Source of the DNA: Deltaproteobacteria bacterium
GTDB taxonomy: Bacteria > Myxococcota_A > Polyangia > DRWM01
DNA length: 48,363 bases
Direction: 5' to 3'
NCBI GenBank assembly: GCA_019310245.1
Contig: JAFDER010000001.1
Span: forward strand, 1 to 48,363
Below are positions 32,985-41,935 of the stretch, one piece after another. Below the pieces are notes generated by a model. It was not told the DNA's origin. It saw only the letters and a list, made by a program, of their open reading frames with translations, and searched no databases. Made by a program: the position numbers and the translations under genes. Each line of letters opens with the position of its first letter. The stretch's first letter is position 1.

Positions 32985-33893
32985 ATGGCTATGTTCCTTG
33001 TGATGATCCGCGATGTGCCCCGATACGTCGAACCGGTCTACCGGCCACCCTCCGAGGCCCGGTCCCTCATCTTCCAGGTGACGTACGGCTGCTCCTCGGA
33101 CCAGTGCACGTTCTGCCGCGTCTACAGGGGCAAGAAATTCAGGAAGCGCAACGAGCAGGAGGTCCTGAAGGAGTTCGAGACGGCCGCCGGCCTCTACCCG
33201 CGCACCCGCCGCATCTTCCTTGCCGACGGCGATGCGCTCGTGCTCAGCCCCCGAATCATGCTGAGCTACCTCGAGAGACTCTACGCTCTGTTTCCGGAGC
33301 TCGAGAGGGTGACGGCCTACTCCTCGCCGCAGAACCTCCTGCGCAAGGATCCAGACGACCTGCGCGCCATCCGCGCGGCAGGCCTCAACATGCTTTACAT
33401 CGGCATCGAGTCCGGCTCGGAGCGGATCCTGAACATGGTCGAGAAGGGCGTGACGCCCGACGAGCACGTGGAGGCGTGCCTCGAGGCGAACGCCGCGGGA
33501 TTCGAGACGTCGTTGACGGTGATCCTCGGACTCGGAGGTCCCAGGTACTCCGAGGAGCATGCCATCGAGACCGGCAGGGTGCTCACCGCCTGCGCGCCCA
33601 CGTACATCGGGGCCCTCACGTTGATGCTCGCCGAGCACAACGCCGATTTTCCCGCGAGCATGTACGACGGCTGGCGCCTGCTCGACATCGCCGAGACCCT
33701 GCGCGAGGTCAGGTTGATGATCGAGAACATCTCGTGCGACGGGTGCACGTTCCGGGCGAACCACGCGTCCAACTGGCTCGCGCTCAAGGGCCGGCTCATG
33801 AGGGACCGGCCTCGGCTCCTCTCGTTCATCGACGATGTTCTCGCGGATCCGGACTCGCCCTACCTACGTCCCGATGACTTCCGTGCCCTCTGA
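32985..33893 (+). CDS. radical SAM protein with a CX4CX2C cluster motif
   Basis: The sequence has YRPPSEARSLIFQVTYGCSSDQCTFCRVY, FLADGDALV and LYIGIESGSERIL, consistent with a radical SAM TIM-barrel core. Start chosen at ATG 32985 inside track ORF 32589..33893. Confidence 0.85.
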   Translation: MAMFLVMIRDVPRYVEPVYRPPSEARSLIFQVTYGCSSDQCTFCRVYRGKKFRKRNEQEVLKEFETAAGLYPRTRRIFLADGDALVLSPRIMLSYLERLYALFPELERVTAYSSPQNLLRKDPDDLRAIRAAGLNMLYIGIESGSERILNMVEKGVTPDEHVEACLEANAAGFETSLTVILGLGGPRYSEEHAIETGRVLTACAPTYIGALTLMLAEHNADFPASMYDGWRLLDIAETLREVRLMIENISCDGCTFRANHASNWLALKGRLMRDRPRLLSFIDDVLADPDSPYLRPDDFRAL

Positions 33894-34451
33894 CCCGAGG
33901 ATCCTGTCCAGGATGACGGCCCCGGCGCTGCGCACGCTCATGTGGTTGTAGTCCGAGAGCTCCTCGACGGGGGCCAGGATCACGTCACACGCCTCGAGCG
34001 CCTCCGGGGCGAGGCCCCAGCCCGTGCCCAGGAGGATCAACCTGCTCGCACCCGGGGCGGCGTGGATCGCTCCTCGAGCCTGCCCTGCGGTCCGGCGGTC
34101 CCGGCCCGGGCGCGCCGACGTGCCGATGAGCTCGACGGGGCCTCCGTGTCCCGCGATTCGCCGCGCCTCTTCGATGGACGCGGCGGTCCGCACGAGCGCC
34201 AGCGCGTCCCTGCGGCTCGGGATCCGGGCGGCATGCTCCGGCTCGTTCCAGTACCCGACGATGCGCTCGACGATGCGCTTCTGGGCCTCGATGGGTGTGA
34301 TGACGATGAGGCCGGCGGCCCGGTAGGTGCGTGCGCTGCGGGCCAGATCGTGGACGTCGAGATTCGTGACGCTGGTGGTCACCACCGAGCCGTTGCGGTC
34401 CAGCACCGGATGGTGGACGAGAGCCACCCACAGATGCGCTCCGGGCTGCAC
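33864..34451 (-). CDS. SPOUT-like SAM-dependent RNA methyltransferase (Methyltrn_RNA_4-type)
   Basis: The sequence VALVHHPVLDRNGSVVTTSVTNLDVHDLARSARTYRAAGLIVITP matches my recollection of the LVHYPV...G.vv.T.vTNlDiHDiARs.rtY signature. The start is GTG, 1 nt after the trmD stop. The 3' end overlaps the convergent radical SAM gene by 30 bp. Confidence 0.65.
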   Translation of the reverse strand: MQPGAHLWVALVHHPVLDRNGSVVTTSVTNLDVHDLARSARTYRAAGLIVITPIEAQKRIVERIVGYWNEPEHAARIPSRRDALALVRTAASIEEARRIAGHGGPVELIGTSARPGRDRRTAGQARGAIHAAPGASRLILLGTGWGLAPEALEACDVILAPVEELSDYNHMSVRSAGAVILDRILGSEGTEVIGT

Positions 34452-34452
34452 C

Positions 34453-35175
34453 TCACGGCTCCTCTTGCCCCAGTGCCTCCTGGAGCAGATGGCGGTCCTC
34501 CTCGGTGAGTTCGCCCAGCAGGTCGGGCCGTCGCCGGCTCGTTCTCAGGAGCCGCTGCGCCCGTCGCCATCGCCGGATGGCCTGGTGGTTTCCGCCGAGC
34601 AGGATCTCGGGCACCGAGCGGCCCTCGAAGGTGTGCGGCCTCGTGTACTGCGGGTACTCGAGCAGGCCATCGCTGAATGACTCCTCGATCGCCGAGTCCG
34701 GATTGCCGAGCACCTCCTTGCCGAGCCTCGCGATGCTCTCGACGATGGCCATGGCCGCCACCTCACCGCCGTGCAGGACGAAATCGCCCAGGCTCACCTC
34801 CCTGTCCACGAAGTCCCTGATCCTCTCGTCGAATCCCTCGTAGCGGCCGCACGCGAGCACGAGCGTCTCGTGCCGGGACAGCTCGAGCGCCGTCTCCTGC
34901 GTGTAGCGTTCGCCCTGTGGCGTGATGAGGACCCTCAGGCCGTCGGGCGCCTGGCGCAGGGCCTCGACCACGGGCTCCGGCTTCATCACCATGCCCGCCC
35001 CTCCGCCGTAGGGCGAGTCGTCCACGCTCCTGTGGGGATCGGATGCGAAGTTGCGGATGTCCGTCCTCTCGACCACGATCCGGCCCGCCGCCACGGCCTT
35101 GCCGATGAGGCTGCACTCGAGGAACGAGTCGAAGATGGACGGGAAGAGAGTGAGGATGGTGAACCGACGTGTCAC
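34453..35175 (-). CDS. trmD: tRNA (guanine37-N1)-methyltransferase
   Basis: The sequence has FTILTLFPSIFDSFL, HRSVDDSPYGGGAGMVMKPEP, LACGRYEGFDERI, SLGDFVLHGGEVAAM and GLLEYPQYTRP. These are canonical TrmD motifs. Confidence 0.95.
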   Translation of the reverse strand: MTRRFTILTLFPSIFDSFLECSLIGKAVAAGRIVVERTDIRNFASDPHRSVDDSPYGGGAGMVMKPEPVVEALRQAPDGLRVLITPQGERYTQETALELSRHETLVLACGRYEGFDERIRDFVDREVSLGDFVLHGGEVAAMAIVESIARLGKEVLGNPDSAIEESFSDGLLEYPQYTRPHTFEGRSVPEILLGGNHQAIRRWRRAQRLLRTSRRRPDLLGELTEEDRHLLQEALGQEEP

Positions 35176-35714
35176 TTGCGCTTCCGTTCCGGCGGCGGGT
35201 ATGGCAGCTCGGCGAACGACTGGAAGCCGTCGATGCTCAGCCGGCCCTGCCCGTCGAGACCGGCCACGTGCTGCTCGACGAGCGGCACGTCAACGAGGCC
35301 CTGGTCCGCCTCCACGACGAGCACGTCGTGCGCACCGTTGAAGTACACAGATTGGACGATTCCCACCACCCTGCTGCCGGCCACCACCTGCCGTCCCGGC
35401 AGCTCCGAGACGAGGATCTCTTCCTCCCCGAGGTCCAGGGCCTCTCGTGCGACCAGGAGGATCCGGCCCGTGAGCGAGGAGGCCTCCTCCCGGCTGTCGA
35501 TTCCGGCGAGCGAGATCCTCCACCGGCCCGAGCGGGCCGGCGAGGCGCTCCGCAGATCGTAGGTCTTGGCCCGTCCGGCGTCCTGTTCGAGGGTGACCTC
35601 GTCGATGGCGTCGAGGACGTTGGATCCCTCGTTGTCCAGGTGCACGGTGAGCGATCCTCTCACTCCGTGCGGGCGGCCCGCGCGGCCGATGCGGACGAGA
35701 TCACGGGAACTCAA
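35172..35714 (-). CDS. rimM: 16S rRNA processing protein RimM
   Basis: The sequence has LVRIGRAGRPHGVRGSLTVHL and a C-terminal PRC-barrel region. The position between the KH-protein gene and trmD is the conserved operon order. Confidence 0.9.
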   Translation of the reverse strand: MSSRDLVRIGRAGRPHGVRGSLTVHLDNEGSNVLDAIDEVTLEQDAGRAKTYDLRSASPARSGRWRISLAGIDSREEASSLTGRILLVAREALDLGEEEILVSELPGRQVVAGSRVVGIVQSVYFNGAHDVLVVEADQGLVDVPLVEQHVAGLDGQGRLSIDGFQSFAELPYPPPERKRK

Positions 35715-35717
35715 TGC

Positions 35718-35954
35718 TTACTCGGCGATCTCCAGCTGTGCTCGCTTGCGCAGCTTCGTCGATGCCGCGCTGAGGATCGTCCTCATGGCGCGTGCGGTCT
35801 TGCCTTCCCGTCCGATGACCTTGCCGAGGTCCTCCCTGGCAACCCTGAGCAAGATGATGGAAGTGTGCTCGAGCTTGTTTTCCTGCACCTCGACGTGATC
35901 AGGATCGTCCACGAGAGCTCTGGCGATGTACTCGATGAGATCCTTCAGCTCCAT
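35718..35954 (-). CDS. KH-domain RNA-binding protein (YlqC/UPF0109)
   Basis: The sequence has [18 protein letters not shown]...[26 protein letters not shown], is 78 aa long, and sits in the conserved position after rpsP. Confidence 0.9.
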   Translation of the reverse strand: MELKDLIEYIARALVDDPDHVEVQENKLEHTSIILLRVAREDLGKVIGREGKTARAMRTILSAASTKLRKRAQLEIAE

Positions 35955-36007
35955 GATGCACCTCAGCCTTCAGCAGAACACATGTGACCCGGCAGAGTTC
36001 ACTCTCT

Positions 36008-36018
36008 CCCCCCCCCCC
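36008..36018. repeat. C11 homopolymer (G11 on the transcribed minus strand) followed by GGGG
   Basis: Counted directly. It lies 7 nt downstream of the rpsP stop, in the rpsP-KH intergenic spacer. Confidence 0.9.
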
Positions 36019-36025
36019 GGGGATC

Positions 36026-36265
36026 TCAGGCTGTTTCGCTCTTCTGGGCGAGCTTCTTGACGATGTGAGTCGGGCGGGCGCCGACGCCGATCCAGTAGTC
36101 GTAGCGCTGGCGGTCGATCTCGAACCTGGGGGGGTCCAGATTGGGATCGTACAGGCCGATGCGCTCGAGGTACTTGCCGTCCCTCGGTGCCCTGATATCG
36201 GCCACGACCACCCTGAAGATGGCGTTCTTCTTGCTGCCGATGCGTGACAGTCGTACCTTGACCAT
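36026..36265 (-). CDS. rpsP: 30S ribosomal protein S16
   Basis: MVKVRLSRIGSKKNAIFRVVVADIRAPRDGKYLERIGLYDP is canonical bS16 and the protein is 79 aa long. The rest of track ORF 36026..37426 is antisense noise. Confidence 0.95.
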   Translation of the reverse strand: MVKVRLSRIGSKKNAIFRVVVADIRAPRDGKYLERIGLYDPNLDPPRFEIDRQRYDYWIGVGARPTHIVKKLAQKSETA

Positions 36266-36412
36266 GTCGAGCCCTCGCTGTGCGACGGGATCAAGATCCC
36301 CGCCGGTCCGCTTGTGAACGAATCGGAACGTAGCACTGTTAATCAATCCACCTGCTGTGTCAAGCCCACGGCCGTGTTTGACTTCGGGCCTCGGGCGGGG
36401 CACATTGAGCCC

Positions 36413-37045
36413 ATGGAAAGCTGCCCGTGCATCGTGGCGGCAACCCGCAACGCGGGCAAGCTGGTCGAGATGAGGCGCCTGCTCGCCGGGCTTCCCATCA
36501 AGCTGGTCGGGTTCGATGAGTATCCCGACCTCGTGCTCCCGCCCGAGACGGGCGCGACGTACCTCGAGAATGCGCGGATCAAGGCCCTGAGCGTGGTGCG
36601 CGCCACGGGTCTTCCCAGCTTCGGCGATGACAGCGGCCTCGAGGTGGATGCGCTGGGCGGTGCGCCGGGGGTGCTGTCCGCCCGGTTCGACGGCGAGCTC
36701 GGCACGCCCGAGAGCCGCAACCGCAAGCTGCTCGGCCTGCTCGAGGGCGTGTCCGACGAGCGTCGCTCGGCACGCTTCCGCGCCGTGGTCGTTCTCGCCG
36801 AGCCGGATCCCTCCGGATCGATTGTCGAGCACCACTTCGAGGGCGTGTTCGAGGGCCGCATCGCGCTCGAGCCGGACGGCGAGGGAGGATTCGGCTACGA
36901 TCCCGTCTTTCTCGTCCCGCACCTCGGGCTCACCGTCGCGAGCCTCGACCCCGAGAGCAAGGACGAGCTGAGCCACAGGGGACAGGCCCTCAGGGCCATG
37001 AGGGGCTTTCTCATCGCCCGTGATTTTGGCGGCCTCGAGCCATGA
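36413..37045 (+). CDS. rdgB: non-canonical purine NTP pyrophosphatase (RdgB/HAM1 family)
   Basis: The sequence has IVAATRNAGKLVEMRRLL, ETGATYLENARIKA, FGDDSGLEVDALGGAPGVLSARF, GGFGYDPVF and KDELSHRGQAL. Start chosen at ATG 36413. Confidence 0.9.
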   Translation: MESCPCIVAATRNAGKLVEMRRLLAGLPIKLVGFDEYPDLVLPPETGATYLENARIKALSVVRATGLPSFGDDSGLEVDALGGAPGVLSARFDGELGTPESRNRKLLGLLEGVSDERRSARFRAVVVLAEPDPSGSIVEHHFEGVFEGRIALEPDGEGGFGYDPVFLVPHLGLTVASLDPESKDELSHRGQALRAMRGFLIARDFGGLEP

Positions 37046-39495
37046 GAGGCACGCTCGCCGACGTGGCCACCCTCGAGAATCTCGAGTTCGGCCGGGTGGT
37101 CGAGTCCGTGGCGCGGAGGGCCGCCTCGTCACAGGGCCGCATCCTGGCGGCGGCTCTCGCGCCGGATGCCGGATCCGAGCGGCGAGAGCGGAGGCGCGGT
37201 CTTGCCATGGAGATGGCCCTGCTTCTCGGCCTGAATGCCGTCGACCGGGGACCGCGGCTGCCCGTTGACTTCGATCTTTCCTTTCTCGATGACCCGGATC
37301 CGCTTCTCGACAGGCTGGAACGCGGGGGCGTGCTCGAGGGCGAGGACATCCTGCGCGTGGTCGCGCTCGTGCCTCCCGCCCTTGCCGTCCACCGCCTCGT
37401 CGGCGGCCGTGAAGGCCGCTTCGCATTCCTCGCGGCGCTGGTGCATGAGCACGGGCTGAGGCGAGAGGCCGATGCGGCCAGGCTCGGTGAGCTCGACCTG
37501 GAGGCGGCGGCCGTTCTCGACGATGACGGCTCCGTGAAGGATGCGGCGTCCCCGGAGCTCAGGAAGCTGCGCAGGAAGGCGCGCGATCTGAGGTCGAGGC
37601 TGTCCGCCCGGGCCAAGAGGCTCGTCGAGCGGCACGGCGCGCACCTCCAGGACGCGTTCTTCACCCAGCGCGACGATCGATACGTCCTTCCCGTGCGGTC
37701 GGATTCCAGGGCCGGAGTGCGCGGCATCATCCACGGCACGTCCAACTCCGGAGCCACCCTGTTCATCGAGCCCGACGTGCTCGTCGACGACTGCAATGAT
37801 CTCAAGGTGCTCGAGGGCGAGGCCCTCGTGTGCGAGCGCGCGATCCTGCAGAGCCTCTCCGCCGACCTTGCCGGGCAGGTGCCGGCCTTCAGACTTGTCG
37901 CCGCCATGCTCGCCCGGCTTGATCTGGCCTGCGCCATCGCGCGGTTCTGCTCGGACGCGGGAGCCTCCTTCGCCCGCCTGAGCGACGAACCCGTGCTCGA
38001 TCTGCGGTCCGTGCGCCACCCCCAGCTCGAGCTTGCCGGCGGACGTGTCGTGACGAACGACGTCGAGCTCTCCGCGGGGAGCGGATGGGTCGTCTCCGGC
38101 CCGAACGCGGGGGGGAAGACGGTCCTGCTCAAGAGCGTCGGGCTCGCGGTGCTCATGACCTACGCGGGCCTGCCGGTGACTGTCGATCCCTCCTCGATCG
38201 TCGGGACCTTTGATCACGTCCGGGTCGAGATCGGGGATGCCCAGAGTGTGGAAGGGAACCTCTCCACGTTCTCCGCGCAGGTCTCGAGCCTGGCGGCGAT
38301 CCTGGACAACACGGGGCCGCGGTCCCTCCTGCTCCTGGACGAGCTTGCCGCTGGAACGGATCCGGACGAGGGAGCGGCCCTGGCCGAGGCACTCGTGGCC
38401 GAGATCCTCGAGCGCGGAGCGGCGGTGATCCTGGCCACCCACTTCGAGCCCCTCAAGAGGCTCTCCATCTCGAGCGACAGGCTCGTGGCCGCGGGCATGG
38501 GATTCGATCTGGAGGCCCTCGAGCCCACGTTCAAGCTGCACGTGGGCATGCCCGGCACCTCCGGCGGGCTCCTCGTTGCCGAGCGCTTCGGCCTGCCCCG
38601 GAGCGTCGTATCGCGTGCCCGGGCCATCCTCGAGGGCGGCCACGGCCCGGAGCATGGACGCCTCGTCGTGCTCGAGCGGCTGCGCGAGGATCTCGAGAGG
38701 CGTCTGGGCGAGGCCGAGGATCTCGAGGAGAGGCTCAGGTCGCGGGAGGTGCAGCTCGAGTCGCGCGAGATGGAGCTGATGGAGAGCCAGAGGCGCCGGA
38801 TGAGGACCGAGGAGCGCTACCTCGCGACGGAGCTGACCGTTCTTCGCTCGGAGCTCAAGCATGCGCACAAGGTGCTCAGGCGCAGGCCCGTTGCCGAGCC
38901 TGCGGTCGAGAGCTCGGAGAAGCTGGCCAGCAGGGTGAGTCGCGTGCTCGCCCCCGAAGGTTCCGTGAGCCGGCTGGCGAGGCCGCCGCGCCCGACCGAG
39001 TCGCTCGGTCCCGGTCCGCTCGTCGCCGGCGAGAGCGTGTACGTGCCGCGCCTCGACCTCGACGGCGTGGTGGAGAGCGTCGACGGGGATCGTGTCCGCA
39101 TCCGAAGGGGCGCCATCGCCTGGACCGTGGCTCTTGCCGACGTCGCGAGGGCCACTCGAGAGCCGGACGAGCCGGCAGGAGGGCAATCCATGGAGCAGAA
39201 TCGCAACCCGCCTTCCGGCGGGGACGAGGACGAGTCCCTGCAGACGGCCTACAACACCCTCGATCTCAGGGGCCAGGGCCTGGACGAGGCGCAGATCGAT
39301 CTCGATGCATTCATCGATCAGGCCATCGAGATGGGCATCGAGGAGGTGTTCGTGATCCACGGGCACGGCAAGGGCGTGCTGAAGAACGGGCTGCGCCGTT
39401 ACCTCAGGCACCTGAAGAAGGTGGTGAGCTTCAGGCCGGGGAAGCGCGGCGAGGGCGGTGACGGCGTCACCGTGTGCATGCTCAGGGGAGGCTGA
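37042..39495 (+). CDS. mutS2: endonuclease MutS2 (MutS domain V ATPase + C-terminal Smr)
   Basis: The Walker A motif is VVSGPNAGGKTVLLKSVGL. The sequence has LLLLDELAAGTDPDEGAAL and a C-terminal Smr domain (LDLRGQGLDEAQIDLDAFIDQAI...VFVIHGHGKGVLKNGLRRYL). The ATG overlaps the rdgB stop. Confidence 0.9.
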   Translation: MRGTLADVATLENLEFGRVVESVARRAASSQGRILAAALAPDAGSERRERRRGLAMEMALLLGLNAVDRGPRLPVDFDLSFLDDPDPLLDRLERGGVLEGEDILRVVALVPPALAVHRLVGGREGRFAFLAALVHEHGLRREADAARLGELDLEAAAVLDDDGSVKDAASPELRKLRRKARDLRSRLSARAKRLVERHGAHLQDAFFTQRDDRYVLPVRSDSRAGVRGIIHGTSNSGATLFIEPDVLVDDCNDLKVLEGEALVCERAILQSLSADLAGQVPAFRLVAAMLARLDLACAIARFCSDAGASFARLSDEPVLDLRSVRHPQLELAGGRVVTNDVELSAGSGWVVSGPNAGGKTVLLKSVGLAVLMTYAGLPVTVDPSSIVGTFDHVRVEIGDAQSVEGNLSTFSAQVSSLAAILDNTGPRSLLLLDELAAGTDPDEGAALAEALVAEILERGAAVILATHFEPLKRLSISSDRLVAAGMGFDLEALEPTFKLHVGMPGTSGGLLVAERFGLPRSVVSRARAILEGGHGPEHGRLVVLERLREDLERRLGEAEDLEERLRSREVQLESREMELMESQRRRMRTEERYLATELTVLRSELKHAHKVLRRRPVAEPAVESSEKLASRVSRVLAPEGSVSRLARPPRPTESLGPGPLVAGESVYVPRLDLDGVVESVDGDRVRIRRGAIAWTVALADVARATREPDEPAGGQSMEQNRNPPSGGDEDESLQTAYNTLDLRGQGLDEAQIDLDAFIDQAIEMGIEEVFVIHGHGKGVLKNGLRRYLRHLKKVVSFRPGKRGEGGDGVTVCMLRGG

Positions 39496-41857
39496 TCTCC
39501 TCCGGGCCGGCCACCCCGTCCTTGCCGTCCATGATGTATCCCAGCGCCTCGAGCTGGGATCTCGTCTGCTCGTCCAGCTTCACCTCATGCTCTGCGATCT
39601 CGGCCTTGCGGTTCTCCAGGATGAGCAGGGCGAGCCGCTCTCGCAGGTAGAGCCACTTGACGGGGTTGCGTCCGGCGTCCTGGTACCAGACCTTCTGGCC
39701 CTTGAGCCGCGCGATCGACGTGGACTTGCGGTGGGCGATGAGCATCCACTGTCCGAGCCTCAGCCCGTACGTGCCGTTCCAGTGCTCGAGGAGGTGGGCG
39801 GGCGGCGAGGCCAGGTGCACCGGCTCCGTGATCCTGTCGAGAAGGCTGCGGCCATCCAGGCCGTCGGGTGCATCCCTTCCGAATGCGTCCAGGATCGTGG
39901 GCACGAGGTCGACGTGGCCCACGAGCCCTTCGATCGTGCCACTCGGGCTGCCCCCCGGAAAGCGCAGCAGAAGGGGGATGTGCGTGAGCTCGGGATGGAT
40001 GTTCGTGCCGTGGCCCAGCCATCCGTGCTCCATGAACTCCTCCCCGTGATCCGACGTGACCACGAGCAGTGCCCTGTCGAGGATCCCCTCCCGCTCGAGC
40101 ATGGCGAGCACGCGCCCGAGGACCTCGTCCAGCGACGCCACGTCCCCCCGGTAGAGCCCCTTGAGGATCTTGAGCTCCTTGACGTCCGGAGGCTCGACCT
40201 TGCCGCGCCTCAGGTTGGTGATGAAGCTGGATGTGCTCCTCGGCGTGATCCTGCCCTCGAGCACGCGGTGACCCACGTACTTGATCTCGAACGACGTGGG
40301 TGGATCATAGGGCGCGTGTGGATCCATGAGGTGGATGTAGAGGAAGAACGGTCCTTTGGGGTGCCAGGCCTCGAGGAGGTCCTTCGCCGCATCCGTGACG
40401 ATGTCTCCGCTCACGCAGGCCTTGTATGCATTCACGTGCACGTCGGTGTCCCACCCGCGCATGAACCCGAAGCGGCTCGTGAGGAAGCGGTTCGAGAACA
40501 GGCCGACCGTCTCCACCCCGGCCGCCTCGAGCATCTCCGTCACCATCGTCGTCTCGTCCCACAGGACGCCCTTGTGGCTCAGGGCGCCCGTCTCGTGTGG
40601 ATAGACCCCCGTGAGGATCGATGCCACGGACGGCTTCGTGTAGTTGGCATGCGCCGTAGCGTCTTCGAACACGAGAGACTCCCCGGCCAGTTCCTCCATG
40701 ATCGGCGTCTCCACGGTGCTGCGAGCGTTGAACGCACGGGCCGCGTCGGCGCGCAGGGTGTCGACGAGGATGAGGACGACCCCGTCCACGTCCGGGATCT
40801 CGGATGCCACGGCGGCCGGCGCCGGCTGGGCGCGCCTCAGGGCGAGGCGCTCGATGCACACCGGGCCCCGTGCCTCCTCGGGGAGCGAGACCTCGACCTC
40901 GACCGGCATGTCACGGGTGATCCCCAGGGGCCACGATGCAGAGTCGGCCCCTCCCTCTCCCAGGCTCTTGCCCGCCTCGGGATCGAGCAGGCTGCTGGTG
41001 CCTCCTGGCGTCGATCTCACCGAGAGGCCGAGTCTCGAGGTGAACGCTCCGGTCGCTGCGATCTCGAGCACGTCGTCCTTCAAGGCAAGCGCCCGTGCGA
41101 AGAGGGTCCGGCCGGCCTCGAGCCTCAGCCCCGCCGTGCCGCAGGGCTCGGGCCTCGCTGGTGGCGTCGAGGGTGCAGGTCCGGCATCCGGCGTGATCCA
41201 GATGCCCTTGACCACGGGTCTCGCACCCGGAGGCAGCGGCTGCGAGGGCTTCATGCTCACGATGAGGGAGGCGCCGCTGAAGCCTGCCTTCACGCACGTG
41301 GCCTCGACGAGCCCGCGGCCCGCCTCCACGTGGCGTTTCTCCTTGAAGCCTTTGGCCATGAGGCTCATGTCGAACGATGCCCCGGTCTCCACGTCCACGT
41401 GCACGCAGCTGCCCCTGACGAGGCTGCGATGCAGGCTGAGGTTGAGCCATCTTCCCGCAAAGGGCATGCCCACTCCCTCCTGCCAGGACATGGGGCTCGG
41501 GTCGAGCAGCCTGACGGGATTCGAGACGGCCCACAGGCCCGAGGCGTCGGTGAGCGAGACGTAGCGTCCGTCGGTCGTGGCCACCTCGATGAGGGCCGGG
41601 TTGGCGAGCAGGTTGGTGGCTGGATCCGGCTCCTTCTCCCGGGTCTGTGCCGGACCCGGAGTCGTCGACGAGCCCGGGGCCTTCCCCTGGTCCGGATCGA
41701 CAGGGCCACGGGTCGGTTGCATCCGTCCCGTCGTCGGTGCGGAGAGCGGGTGGCGCGACTCCCACAGCATGAAGGCGGCGGCGAGCGTACCGGCCAGGAG
41801 CACCGGGATCGCGAGGCTGGAGAGGGCGCCGCGCTTCGTGTTGGGCCTGCTGGACAT
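39482..41857 (-). CDS. membrane-anchored alkaline-phosphatase-superfamily (sulfatase-like) enzyme with a ~330-aa N-terminal domain of unknown function
   Basis: The C-terminal half has VVLILVDTLRADA, ANYTKPSVASILTGVYPHETG and LVVTSDHGEEFMEHGWLGHG, the sulfatase/PEtN-transferase fold signatures. The N-terminal TM segment is ALSSLAIPVLLAGTLAAAFML. Start chosen at ATG 41857, because upstream track codons fall in an AT-rich promoter island. Confidence 0.8.
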   Translation of the reverse strand: MSSRPNTKRGALSSLAIPVLLAGTLAAAFMLWESRHPLSAPTTGRMQPTRGPVDPDQGKAPGSSTTPGPAQTREKEPDPATNLLANPALIEVATTDGRYVSLTDASGLWAVSNPVRLLDPSPMSWQEGVGMPFAGRWLNLSLHRSLVRGSCVHVDVETGASFDMSLMAKGFKEKRHVEAGRGLVEATCVKAGFSGASLIVSMKPSQPLPPGARPVVKGIWITPDAGPAPSTPPARPEPCGTAGLRLEAGRTLFARALALKDDVLEIAATGAFTSRLGLSVRSTPGGTSSLLDPEAGKSLGEGGADSASWPLGITRDMPVEVEVSLPEEARGPVCIERLALRRAQPAPAAVASEIPDVDGVVLILVDTLRADAARAFNARSTVETPIMEELAGESLVFEDATAHANYTKPSVASILTGVYPHETGALSHKGVLWDETTMVTEMLEAAGVETVGLFSNRFLTSRFGFMRGWDTDVHVNAYKACVSGDIVTDAAKDLLEAWHPKGPFFLYIHLMDPHAPYDPPTSFEIKYVGHRVLEGRITPRSTSSFITNLRRGKVEPPDVKELKILKGLYRGDVASLDEVLGRVLAMLEREGILDRALLVVTSDHGEEFMEHGWLGHGTNIHPELTHIPLLLRFPGGSPSGTIEGLVGHVDLVPTILDAFGRDAPDGLDGRSLLDRITEPVHLASPPAHLLEHWNGTYGLRLGQWMLIAHRKSTSIARLKGQKVWYQDAGRNPVKWLYLRERLALLILENRKAEIAEHEVKLDEQTRSQLEALGYIMDGKDGVAGPEEISLP

Positions 41858-41883
41858 GACGGGGTCAGCAATCGCGATGAATT

Positions 41884-41913
41884 TTGACGTCTTCCTGTCG
41901 TTTTTATTATATA
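41884..41913 (+). promoter_or_regulatory. promoter candidate TTGACG-N18-TATATA for the phosphodiester-glycosidase gene
   Basis: Counted by hand. The -10 box ends 8 nt before ATG 41922, giving a leaderless or very short leader. Confidence 0.35.
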
Positions 41914-41935
41914 TGTCAGACATGGGCATTGCCAA
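41906..41935 (-). promoter_or_regulatory. promoter candidate TTGGCA-N18-TATAAT (minus strand) for the sulfatase-like gene
   Basis: On the minus strand, TATAAT sits at 41911-41906 and TTGGCA at 41935-41930. Its -10 box overlaps the plus-strand -10 box. Confidence 0.4.

Noticed and set aside
36266-36412. Possible promoters in the rpsP/rdgB divergent region: minus-strand TTGACA at 36363-36358, and plus-strand TTGACT-N17-CACATT ending 7 nt before ATG 36413.
   Set aside because: The -10 elements are poor or ambiguous at every allowed spacing, so they are not listed as features.
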